DNA of 64,000 nt from Eledone cirrhosa (lineage: Eukaryota). The translations under genes and the position numbers were made by a program. The stretch covers positions 11,966,001 to 12,030,000 of the forward strand of contig OZ024744.1 in assembly GCA_964016885.1 (NCBI GenBank), in the 5' to 3' direction. The notes below the pieces were generated by a model that saw only the letters and a list, made by a program, of their open reading frames with translations, did not search any database and was not told where the DNA came from. This document shows positions 52,985-64,000 of the stretch, piece by piece. Numbering within the stretch: the stretch's first letter is position 1; every line of letters begins with the position of its first letter.

Positions 52985-53650
52985 AGGCAAACGAACAGGT
53001 AGGGAAAACTACATATGCAGTAGATGTACAGGGAAATTTGACAGAAATCGCAGGTAGGATCTATAGTAGTGGTTGATAGCTTCCAATACCTAGGTGATCA
53101 GATTAGTAAGAGAGGAGGGTGCTCCAAGGCCATAGTATCTAGAATAAGGATGGGTTGGAAGAAGTTTAGGGAGCTGCTTCCTCTGTTGACAAAGAAGGGT
53201 TTCTCCCTATGAACGAAAGGCCAGTTATATGATGCCTGTGTAAGATGTGCGATGCTGCATGGTAGTGAGACATGGGCAGCAACTGCAGAGAATATGCAAT
53301 AGCAGGAGAGAAATGAAGCAAGCATGCTCTGTTGGATGGCAATGTCAATGTGCGTAAACAACCAAGCATGGATGAGTTGAGAGAGAAACTGTGTATAAGA
53401 GGGATAAGTTGTGGTGTGCGGGAGAGAAGACTGAGATGGTATGGACATGTGATGCGTATGGAGGATGACCGCTGGGTAAAGAAGTGCCAAGAAATGCCAG
53501 TTGAAGGAAGACGCAGTAGAGGTAGACCATAAAAAACATGGGCGGAGGTGGTGAGAGCAGACCTCAGATCACTGAAGCTCATAGAGGAGATGACGAGGGA
53601 CCATGACAAGTGGAGACATGCTGTGTTGAATAAGACCCGTCCCACCCTTG
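52985..53650 (+). mobile_element. Decayed RTE C-terminal fragment
   Basis: YLGDQIS..GWKKFRELLPLL..LHGSETW..RERRLRWYGHVMRM..GRP. Confidence 0.8.
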
Positions 53651-53873
53651 CAAGCAGGGGGGGGGGGCATTGTCATCGTCATCATTGAACATCGGTTTTT
53701 CCTGATAGCAGAGTCTTGCTGTCTGAATATTGGTGAGTGGCAAACATATTTCAATCAACTGAGACTATCTCGCAATTTCACGACCAAAACTCCCTTTAGG
53801 GTTATTTATGTAATAAGAAGCAAGGCAAAGCACACCTACACCCTTGGTTAATCCAAGTATTTTTGGAACAATT

Positions 53874-54233
53874 TTACCCATTAGCATTTAAACCAGGCAT
53901 ATCCAAATTCTCTCACCTCTTTCTGTTCAAACCGGTTGTAAGTAGCCTCTTGCACCAATATTAAGGTATTGTTCTCAAAATAAATCTCATAGATTTGATA
54001 TCATTTGACATAATTATGTAAGGTAAGGCCTTTACCATGAATATACAATAGTATATATAGAGTAATGTAAATGTTATGTGAGATATTATGTGAGGTAAAG
54101 CCTTTACTGTGAAAATACAATAGTATATATAGAGTAATGTAAATGTTATGTGAGGTAAAGCCTTTACTGTGACAATATTATAGTATATATAGAGTAATGT
54201 AAATGTTATGTGAGGTAAAGCCTTTACTGTGAA
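53874..54233 (-). repeat. MITE-like terminus plus 3-4 units (72/60 bp) of the 72-bp satellite in reverse orientation
   Basis: TTTA-CCCATTAGCATT terminus at 53873-53888. 54010-54233 is the reverse complement of the 56870-57517 satellite. Confidence 0.7.
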
Positions 54234-54349
54234 CACGCCACAAGCACCAGCACCACCACCACCACAACCAGCACCACAACCACCACCACCACCACCATCA
54301 TCACCACCACCACTAACATCGTTACTATTAAATCTTCCAACCACCTCAA

Positions 54350-56262
54350 ACAGGTGACAAAAAAGGCAGTGCTTCAATTTGAGCAGTGCATAGCAACCAG
54401 CCTTGACAGTAAGGTGTTCTGGAAATATGTTCACTCAAAGCAGAGGCCTCACTCTCCAGTTGGTCCTCTTCGTAATCCCCACACAAACCAGATCACTGAC
54501 GACCCCAAGGAATGCGCAGAGCTCATTGCTGAATGCTATTCAGGCATTTTCACTGTTGAAGACCAGAGTGTACCATCTCCACCACATCTGACACCAGATT
54601 CTATTACAACCATGGAATTTACACCTGCAATGCTGCGACGTCACCTTAAAAATAAATGCAACCATGCCTCCCCTGGTCTTGACAGTGTTACATACCTGCT
54701 TCTCAAATGTGACGGGTACTTCCTTTTGCACCAGCTTTCTCTCTTCTTTCAATTATACTGTCTCAACAATGGTGCTACCCCGAGCAGTGGAAAACTGCCA
54801 GTGTCATTCCTCTGTTCAAAAAGGGCAACCGCACGTCACCTGTCAACTATCGTCCAGTCAGTGTTACTAGTTGCATCGCCAAACTGATGGAATCCTGTGT
54901 CAGAGAAACACTTTGGAACTTCTGGAACTCTCACAGTCTTATCCAGCCCTCGCAATTTGAATTTATCCCTAACTCCAGCTGCTGTGATCAACTTATCGAG
55001 TTTCTTGAAGACATCACACGGATCACTGATGGTGGCTCATGGGTAGATGTTGTTTACCTTGACTTTGCTAAAGCTTTCAATTCTGTGCCACACAAAAGAC
55101 TTATGGCAAAAGTCTCTGCAATGGATGTGAAGGATGATCTTTTTAACTGGTTGAAGTCTTTCATTCTCAATCGAAGAGAGGTAGTCACGGTTCTGGGACA
55201 GCATTCCTCACCGTATGTTCTTGGCCCCCTTTTGTTTGTGGCATATATTAATGACGTACATGCCAACTTAAAGAATGACACAGTACTGAAATATGCAGAG
55301 GACATCAAGCTGTACCTTGAAATAAAAAGGACTGATCGGGAACACTATAGATCTTGCTTGCAGTCTGACCTGGACACAATGCAACAATGGATCACGGACT
55401 GGAAACTCAAGTTGGCTGTGGACAAGTGGACCACCATGCATTTTGGGAGTAAAAACCCAGTGTCCACATACTCCCTCCACAACACTAATATCAAGAAGTC
55501 TTCTTGTGAACGTGACCTGGGCATTACTGTCAGCAGCGATTTGCGTTGTATGAAGCATGTCTCTAAAATTGTCAAGAAGGCCGAGGGTGTTTTAGCATCA
55601 CTCAGCAAGACCTTTGTCAGCCGTTCTCCAGATATCTATTTAAGGCTGTACATGGCTATGGTGCGGCCACACTTAGAATTTACATCACCAGTCTGGAACC
55701 CCTATCTTGCTCAGAACATTGACCGCCTGGAAACTGTTCAGAGACGTGCAACCAAGCGAATACCCTCCATCAGACATCTACCATACTCTGAACGCCTTGC
55801 TTCCCTGGGCATGGATACATTGAAGCTCTGACGTCAGAAAACTGACTTGGTAAACACCCACAAAATTATTAACCATCTTGCCAACAACAACCCTGAGTAC
55901 CTTTTTGATCTCCATGTGTCTAACACACGTGGACATGCCCACAAAGTCAGAAAACAGCACAGCTCCCATGACATTCAGAAACATTTTTTCACGCTCAGAG
56001 TTGCTGAAGCATGGAACAAACTACCTGCATCAGTTGTTAGCTGTCGAGACACTGCATCCTTTAAAATCTCCATGCTTCCCGAGATCCGCCAACACTATAC
56101 CTGATGTCCCCTCTATACACATGCACACATGTATTTCATGACTAATACACTGTTCATTTTCCTGACATTTGTACATTTTTCTATTTACTATACATGCACC
56201 TTTGATGAGTTGTAGTGCACCTGAGCACTGTACACAATCATTTCACTCATTCATTATTATTA
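54350..56262 (+). mobile_element. CR1-clade LINE, 5'-truncated, decayed
   Basis: SPGLD, NYRPVSVTS, VDVVYLDFAKAFNSVPH, LGPLLF..YIND, YAEDIKLY, ERDLGITV, VRPHLEF..VWNPY, VQRRATK, TRGH, FF..RVAEAWNKLP. 3' tail (CATT/ATT)n. Confidence 0.88.
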
Positions 56263-56460
56263 TGGCAGTGGATTGACAGTATCGGTACAGAGTCGGACGC
56301 CATGCTTTCCAACATAGTTACATCCCTTTACGGTCTGAGTTCAAATCCCGCCGAGGTTAACTTTGCCTTTCATCTTTACGGGGTCGATAAAATAAAGTAC
56401 CAGTAATGCACTGGGTAATTGCTGGCCTTGTGCCAAAAGTAGAAACAATTATTATTATTA
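56263..56460 (+). mobile_element. Full-length tRNA-type SINE
   Basis: B-box GAGTTCAAATCC at ~56337, core TTGCCTTTCATCTTTACGGGGTCGATAAAATAAAGTACCAGT and (ATT)n tail. Several partial copies occur in the window. Confidence 0.8.
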
Positions 56461-56640
56461 CCATCACCACTACAACCACCACAACCAACACCATCCATCA
56501 CCACCACCACTAACATCATCACTATTACCATCGTCACTATTACCATTGCTCCCACCATCATCATCACTATCATGACAACTACCACCACTACTATTACAGC
56601 CTCCACTACCACCACAGCCACCACTCCCACTCCCACCAAT
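56461..56640. repeat. (CCA/CAT)n low-complexity tract
   Basis: Directly visible; a similar tract lies at 54234-54325. Confidence 0.85.
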
Positions 56641-56860
56641 ACTGTATTTGAATGTGTTCAACTGCTGGATTCTTCTATTCTGAGTTTTGATAATAATTCA
56701 TTAGATTTAAAGTTGGAATGAGATAAGAATGAAAAGGAAGAAAAAAGCCAACATTGTGGAGGAGGTATTACGTATTGGCAAGGGAGATAACTCCAATGTA
56801 TGTTTTATACTGTGGACTAACAAATGAGAACACCTGAATTATCCCTATAAATGTGTATAA

Positions 56861-57517
56861 CACTTTAGCATTCACATTACTCTATATATACTATTATATT
56901 TTCACAGTAAAGGCTTTACCTCACATAATATCTCACATAACATTTACATTACTCTATATATACTATTATATTTTCACAGTAAAGGCTTTACCTCACATAA
57001 TATCTCACACAACATTTACATTACTCTATATATACTATTATATTTTCACGGTAAAGGCTTTACCTCACATAATATCTCACACAACATTTACATTACTCTA
57101 TATATACTATTATATTTTCACGGTAAAGGCTTTACCTCACATAATATCTCACATAACATTTACATTACTCTATATACACTATTGTATTTTCACAGTAAAG
57201 GCTTTACCTCACATAATATCTCACATAACATTTACATTACTCTATATATACTATTGTATTTTCACAGTAAAGGCTTTACCTCTCATAATATCTCACATAA
57301 CATTTACATTACTCTATATATACTATTGTATTGTCACAATAAAGGCTTTACCTCACATAATATCTCACATACCATTTACATTACTCTATATATACTATTG
57401 TATTTTCACAGTAAAGGCTTTACCTCACATAATATCTCACATAACATTTACATTACTCAATATATACTATTGTATTTTGACAGTAAAGGCATTACCTCAC
57501 ATAATATCTCACAACAT
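56861..57517 (+). repeat. 72-bp satellite, ~9 units, starting at a MITE-like terminus
   Basis: Unit TTCACAGTAAAGGCTTTACCTCACATAATATCTCACATAACATTTACATTACTCTATATATACTATTGTATT, preceded by ATAA-CACTTTAGCATTCA. Confidence 0.95.
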
Positions 57518-60500
57518 CTCGTATACGAGAAACGTGTGTTGACGTGTGTGAACAAGCTCGGCTACCGAGTTGGATTTACTTACTCAAAAGTGAGTTTTGA
57601 TTAATTTTTTATACTGTAATATACGTTAACCCCTTGCCTTGGTCGTCAAACTTTGAGTTTATTTATTTTCGCCCCTTTTTGGGGCGAATTTTCCAGTTAA
57701 AAACTTATTACGGCAAACTAATAGAAATGGACGGAATTTTCACATCTCATCCTAACGAGAAAGCCACGCCCCCTACGAAAGGTGATACAGAGAAGCTAGA
57801 AGCACAAGGCTCTAAGTCTTCCCTCCTCACTTCTGCAAAAGAAACATGGAACATGGAATTAAAAGAAAAATTTGTAAAAATGGGTGAAAACCCAGAAAGT
57901 CACATAAACGCAGACAAAAACAACAATGACAATAACAGCAATAGTCACAACACCAATCAAGGAAAAAATAACGATAACACCAAACAAAGCGAACCCACTA
58001 CTGGTGCCTCCTTTGCACAGGCGGTCCGGAAAACACAGACCTGCAAGCAACTGGACATTACAACTCTGAGAGAAAAGATGAAGGAAGCAAAACAGTATGT
58101 AACTTTCAAAGAAGGAGGAGACTTCACAATCACCTCCCCACAAGAAATCAAAAGAGACACGACACTAAGAACGATATCTTTCAGAACAATTTCCAACATA
58201 ACAATGAAACCAGCTCAATTATCCCAAAAAGAAATTGAGCTGGGCCTAAAAAATGTGTGGAGTGATATATCGTTCATACAAAAAGGGCCACTCTATGGGA
58301 ATATAACGGTGCTAATGAAGGATCAATTGACGGCCAGGAAATACTCTGTGGCGCCAATTGTTTCCAAGCTACACACATTTTTCCCCAGATATTTGGGGAA
58401 AAGAACGCAGAAAATAAGAGTCTCCGGAATCCGGCCAAATGCATGCATTTCCTGGGTACTAACAGGATTTTTAGAAGACAAGGACGGAATCCTCTCAGTA
58501 GGAGAGTCACCACAGACGTTTTCGGCGGTTTGAGCGTGGAGGTTCTGGTCCAAATGAGACCAGAACAAATAGCTAGAATACCACAGAGGGTGTCCCTCGA
58601 TGGAGAAACATTTATATACATTTCAGCCGAGTGTAGGAGGCCCATATGTTACTACTGTTCAAGCAGGGGTCATCTAAGGGCTGCTTGTCCTCAATTGACA
58701 AAAAAAAAGGCTCTTTTGCCTACACCCCACACACCACCACCGCCACCACCACCACCTCCACCACCACCACCACCACAACAACAACAAAAACAACACGGAA
58801 AAATAACACAAGACACGGCCCCACCCAAAACAACTCCAAAAACACACACAAACACAACAAAACCCCAAAATACACCACTACCCGACAGCACGGACGAGGA
58901 CCCAGCTGAAACGGCACCTAGTGACGAAGAGGGGGGACCCTTCCAACCTGTAAAAAGGAAAAAAAGAAAGCACCACTCGAACATAAACGAAACAAACACA
59001 CAACCACCAACAAAAACAAAACAAACAGAACAAACAAAATCCGGCCACCCCAAAACATAACACATACAACAAAACGTAAGCACACACAAGAACAACAAAC
59101 AAACACAACACAAATAAAACAGTATACATACATTAACACAAATAACAAAGAACTAGTAAAAACAATACACAAAGACCCTTCGGTGGAAACTGAAGGGCAA
59201 TTCTTTGCAAGCGCGGCCAACAAACCGCATTTAAAAATGATAAGACTCCCAATGGACACCTATGCAAAACTAAGAGAGAACTTTCCTGACGACGTGGGGA
59301 AAACATGTACTCGACCCTATAACCGTGTCCTCTTGAAACGTTTCCCCACCCACACCTCACCAAACACCCCCACTCCACCACAGAACAACACCCCACCAAA
59401 CAACCCCACCAATACGCCCATGGATATTGTGCAACCTGCTCCTCAGGAGCCGAACAGGTAGGTCCTTCCTCTTTTAACCAACATCGCTGATATAAGAGTT
59501 GGGTGTCTGAATGTACGCGGCCTGGGACTGTCTTGGAAACAAGGCAAACTTTTAAATGATCTCAGGTCGCATAGAATGGATGTAATGGCTATTTGCGAGT
59601 CCAGGATCAGCAGCGAGCACCAACTGGCGCTCCTCTTCGACGACTTTGAGATCTTCGCATCTCTCTGTCAACCGGGGGGTGGGGGCGGAGTTGTCCTTCT
59701 GCTGCGAAAACACCTGGGCCTCACCATACAGAAGGTGCACCTGGACCCGGAGGGTCGACTGGTGGTTTTAGACGTCGGCAGTAGTGAAAGTGGAGCCCTT
59801 AGACTAATTGCTGTGTACGCCCCTTTTTGGGCAGCGCGGCCGGAATACTTCCGTCTGGAAACTTTTCTGGGAACGGCCCGCTCCTTGCTTTTAGTGGGGG
59901 ACTGGAATGGTATCCTGGATGCATGTTGGGATCATGTAGGGGCATGTGCCAATAGAGGGGGGTGTAAAAGCCTCAAAAGGTTAATCGGCCGATTTGACTT
60001 GGCCGATAGATATCGACTAGATTTTCCGACTGTACCACTATGGACGTGGACCAATCGCAGCGGAACATCTAGGTCGTACCTAGATAGGGTCCTAGTTAGA
60101 GAGAAGGATAGGGACACATTTAGCTGTCCAAAAATGTTCATGGTTGACTATTCGGATCACAAGTTAGTGACCTGCATAGCCAACCTTGATAGAACCCATA
60201 GACAGGGACCCGGTTACTGGAAGCTGAACTTGTCCTTACCGACAAGCAAAGCTTACAGTAAACGGATTAGCACATTAGTTAAGCAGAGTTTGACAGGGGC
60301 AATTGTCAACAACAGGTGGTGGAGCTCTCTTAAGAGAGCAATTAGAATAGAATCGATAGGTTTTAGTCAGGAATTAGCAAGGGATAGGAACAAGACGGAA
60401 AGGGAATTAGTAGATAGAGTAGAAGAGGCGATTAGGAGTGGCAATGTAGCCGGCGTGCTGGCATCAAGAATGGCCTTAGACCAGTTCTTTGATGTGAAGC

Positions 60501-63124
60501 ATGAAGGCTGCGTTGTCAGGAGTAAAATACGTGCTCTGGGTAATGAGGGAGCCAAAGCTGTGAGCTGGGCCCGAGTGACAGGCAAAAAGTGGGAACAAGT
60601 CCACGATTCGGTCTTTGAAGGACCAGGATGGGCGTGTGATCCTTGAACCTGGGCAGATGTGTGCGGCCTTTCAGCGGCACTTTGCACGACTGTTCGAGAG
60701 GGGCGGCGCGCCGGGTGAGACTATGGATTTCAATCCATACCTCGACGGTCTGCCGCGCCTCTCGGACGCGGAGGCGAAGTCCTGCGAAAGGACGATTTCA
60801 GCTGCTGAGATAGGGGCGGCGCTGAGCCAATGCGGCAAACGCAAATCCCCAGGTCTCGATGGTCTACCATACGAGCTATATGTAGCAATGCCAGACTTGT
60901 TCTCCGATATCTTCGAAGCGGTCTACTGCAACTGGCAGTAGAACAGGAGAATTCCCAGTTCTGTGACCAAGGGCGTAGTTACGCTGGTGAGGAAGGATGA
61001 GAACAAGGGGGATGACATAAGTAACTTCAGGCCCATAACTCTGATAAATACAGAGTTAAAGATTTTGGCCAAGGTGTTAGCGAAGAGGTTGGCGCTTGTC
61101 GTCGGAAACCTGGTGGGAGAAGCGCAGACATGCGCAATCCCGTCCAGGTCCATTCACGACAATCTCCACCTTATGCGATACATCATAGAGAGGGTAGGGA
61201 ATGAACCCGGCTTTGGTGGGGCTCTGATCAACTTGGATCAATCTAAAGCTTTCGATAGGGTTGACCATCGTTACCTGGATGCGGTTTTCAGGGGTTGGAT
61301 TGCTGCGATGCACAGCAGCAACGTCTGCTCAAGGGTCAAGGTGAACGGCCACCTCTCGGAGCCGTTCCAAATCATGCGATCCATCCGACAGGGATGCCCT
61401 CTCTCCTCCCTTCTGTATGTGCTGGCTCTTGAACCACTACTGCGGAAGTTGGAGCGGTTGCAGGGCATCCCTTTGGAACCGGGATTGCAGAAAGCGGCGT
61501 CGGCCTACGCCGATGACGTGACAGTAATGGTGTCGAAAACCTTGCAAATCGGTGAGATCGGCACCTTACTGGAGGAATATGAAAGGTTTACAGGAGCCAA
61601 GCTGAACCGGGACAAGTCCGTCGGTTTGCAACTCGGAACATGGAGAGGCAAACCGTTGCCCTCCAATGATGTCGTCGGACGCTGGACGGAGGGCCCGGTG
61701 AAGCTGCTTGGGGTCTGGTTCGGACCAGACCTCCAGGTGGAGAAAAACTGGAACGAGGTAACGACCAGGGTGTTTGCACTCACCCAGAAGTGGGCCCAGT
61801 GCAAACTATCCCTGAAAGGTCGAGCGGAGGTGGCGAATACTTATATAGCATCCGTCATCTACTACCGCTTGACCGTCGTGCCTTGCCCAGTGAAAAGACT
61901 CGCCAAAATGGAGTGCGCGCTGTTCCAATTTCTTTGGAACAAGCGGACCCCTTTGGTGAGGAGATCCATCTGCTGTCAACACCCTTCGAAAGGAGGGCTA
62001 GGGATGCCGTGGCTACAGATGCGTAAACACGCATTAAGGCTACGGCAACTCCAGGTATTCCTCACCGGTCAACCGGTGTGGGCCCCGTTTGTGAGGCGAG
62101 CCTTTCCCAGACTCGTCTCGCTCACCGAGCTGCAATCCTGGGTCAAGCAAAGACCGAGAAAAGTGGGCGACTGGCACATTGAATGTGCCCAGGCGCTCAC
62201 GGTCCTCTGGAAAGCGGACCCGGCAATCAGTGGAGACTCCACCTCGACATTCTATAGAGGGTTGGTACGCAGCAAGTGCGACGATGCTCTCGGAGAAGCT
62301 CTAGGCATGGAGGAAGATGAACTGGCCAGTCTGTTCGGTAGGACATTTGGCCCTGGACCGATGGACAACTTCCAAAAGTCACCGGCTTGGCAGTGCTACC
62401 GAGGGGCTCTACCCGTTCGAGACAAGCTCCACAGGCATTGGAGCCTGGGTAGGGATCCTTTGAATAAGATCTGTCCGAGATGCGTGCATGACGACGAAAC
62501 CATTGCACACGCATTCGTACACTGCCCAGGCATTGCTAACCTGTGGGGCTATGTGGAACTACTGTCGAGGGTGGGACCAATCTGGTTGACCACCGAGTCC
62601 ATTGTAACGATCAAACCGCCTCCCCCTTTCAAAAACGAAGGAGAGGCGGTTTTTCTCTGTGTGATAGCTATGGCTAAAGAAGTTGTATGGTGGACGAGGC
62701 TGAAAGGGCTGAGGTCAGACACCTTTCTCTCCGGCCAACAACTGGTCCCCTTTTTCAAATACCATTTTAAAAGAAGGATCAGAATGGAGAGAGAGGTGCT
62801 CTACCCCAGCAAGTTTTATGAAAGGTGGGTGAAAGTAGGGAGAATGGCCAGAGTGAATGGGTCTTCTCTCTATATCAGCCTGTAGGTGAAAGAAGAGGAA
62901 AAAGAGGAGACGAGGGAAGCACCTACTCTTTGTGCTCCTGAGGAGAAGGGTTGCACATTTTTTCCGGGGTGTGTGTGCGACCCATGTTAATGCCCCCTCC
63001 CTATTGAGGACTTCGTTTGTTGTTGTTATTTCATTGTTATATTTTTGTACTCGTTAATTATATGTAAACTTCCCCCCTTGTATCTGTCCCTACCTTTTGT
63101 GCCCTAGTGGCAAATAAAGAAATC
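57518..63124 (+). mobile_element. Near full-length Tx1-like LINE (ORF1 zinc knuckle; ORF2 APE, RT, CCHC) inserted in the 72-bp satellite
   Basis: ORF1 pieces 57634-58533 and 58443-59060 with CYYCSSRGHLRAAC. APE motifs GCLNVRG, ICESR, VYAP, VGDWN, SYLDRV, SDHKLV. RT in 60963-62885 (DQSKAFDRVDH, RQGCPLS, YADDV) with CPRC..H..C. 3' end AATAAAGAAATC. A few frameshifts and stops. Confidence 0.92.
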
Positions 63125-63568
63125 ACTCTATATATACTATTGTATTTTCATGGTAAAGGCTTTACCTCACATAATATCTCACATAACATTTACATTACTC
63201 TATATATACTATTGTATTTTCACAGTAAAGGCTTTACCTCACATAATATCTCACATAACATTTACATTACTCTATATATACTATTGTATTTTCACAGTAA
63301 AGGCTTTACCTCACATAATATCTCACATAACATTTACATTACTCTATATATACTATTGTATTTTCACAGTAAAGGCTTTACCTCACATAATATCTCACAT
63401 GACATTTACATTACTCTACATATACTATTGTATTTTCACAGTAAAGGCTTTACCTCACATAATATCTCACATGACATTTACATTACTCTACATATACTAT
63501 TGTATTTTCACAGTAAATGCTTTACCTCACATAATATCTCACATAACATTTACATTACTCTATATATA
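63125..63568 (+). repeat. 72-bp satellite, ~6 units (continuation)
   Basis: Same unit and orientation as 56861-57517. Confidence 0.95.
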
Positions 63569-63643
63569 TTAATTGTTAAATACGAAAGTTTTTGGTCGTA
63601 TTGAACAGAACAAATTTTGTATTTTTGTTAATCGCTTGTTAAA

Positions 63644-63799
63644 TGCAAGGACCCCATTCAATCATTACCTTCTATCTAGCTATGCAAGGACCCCATTCAA
63701 TCATTACCTTCTATCTAGCTATGCAAGGACCCCATTCAATCATTACCTTCTATCTAGCTATGCAAGGACCCCATTCAATCATTACCTTCTATCTAGCTA
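63644..63799. repeat. 39-bp tandem repeat, 4 identical units (TGCAAGGACCCCATTCAATCATTACCTTCTATCTAGCTA)
   Basis: Directly visible. Confidence 0.95.
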
Positions 63800-64000
63800 C
63801 CCAACACCCCTCCCTCCCACCCCCACGCACCACCATTGCTATTACGTGGACCAATCATAAAACAGAGCCCCCACGCATCACCAGTATTATTACGCGGACC
63901 AATCAGAAGCCAGAGGCCTATACTATCGCTTGCCTGGTTGCCTTTCGATATATGATGGATGGATGGACTGCGGAATCCTGGAGAGTGGAGGAGAGAGAGA

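Noticed and set aside
56263-56355. tRNA gene
   Set aside because: A B-box is present but there is no convincing cloverleaf, and it continues into the multi-copy SINE body.
56853-57604. Hydrophobic 24-aa repeat protein (also 63107-63604 and 53961-54434)
   Set aside because: Translation of a 72-bp satellite that is open in several frames.

Overview
This is a eukaryotic, transposon-saturated window. The mix of RTE, R4/Dong, Tx1, CRE, CR1 and Penelope retroelements, a tRNA-type SINE and (TA)n/(TATG)n/(ACC)n repeats suggests a mollusc, probably an octopus (inference, not proven). Only one long intact protein-coding frame exists: a full-length RTE LINE ORF (44641-47760; APE endonuclease, RT, PHD-like Cys insert). 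The other ORFs are decayed retroelements or artefacts of tandem repeats (a ~10 kb ACC/AAC array and 40-, 48-, 72- and 39-bp satellites). Main observations: (1) R4/Dong-like elements repeatedly sit in (TATG)n tracts, mostly the tails of a zinc-finger RTE family and its non-autonomous derivative. (2) Two diverged Tx1 copies share the same in-frame TAG inside an 8-bp hairpin just upstream of RT. (3) Penelope-type inverted repeats carry hammerhead ribozyme motifs. (4) Satellites have grown inside a LINE 3' UTR and inside a probable MITE split by a ~9.3 kb inversion. (5) A candidate host-gene promoter and first exon with CCAAT, X-box and forkhead motifs lies at ~39.35-39.55 kb. All calls come from reading the sequence; no searches were run and element boundaries are approximate.
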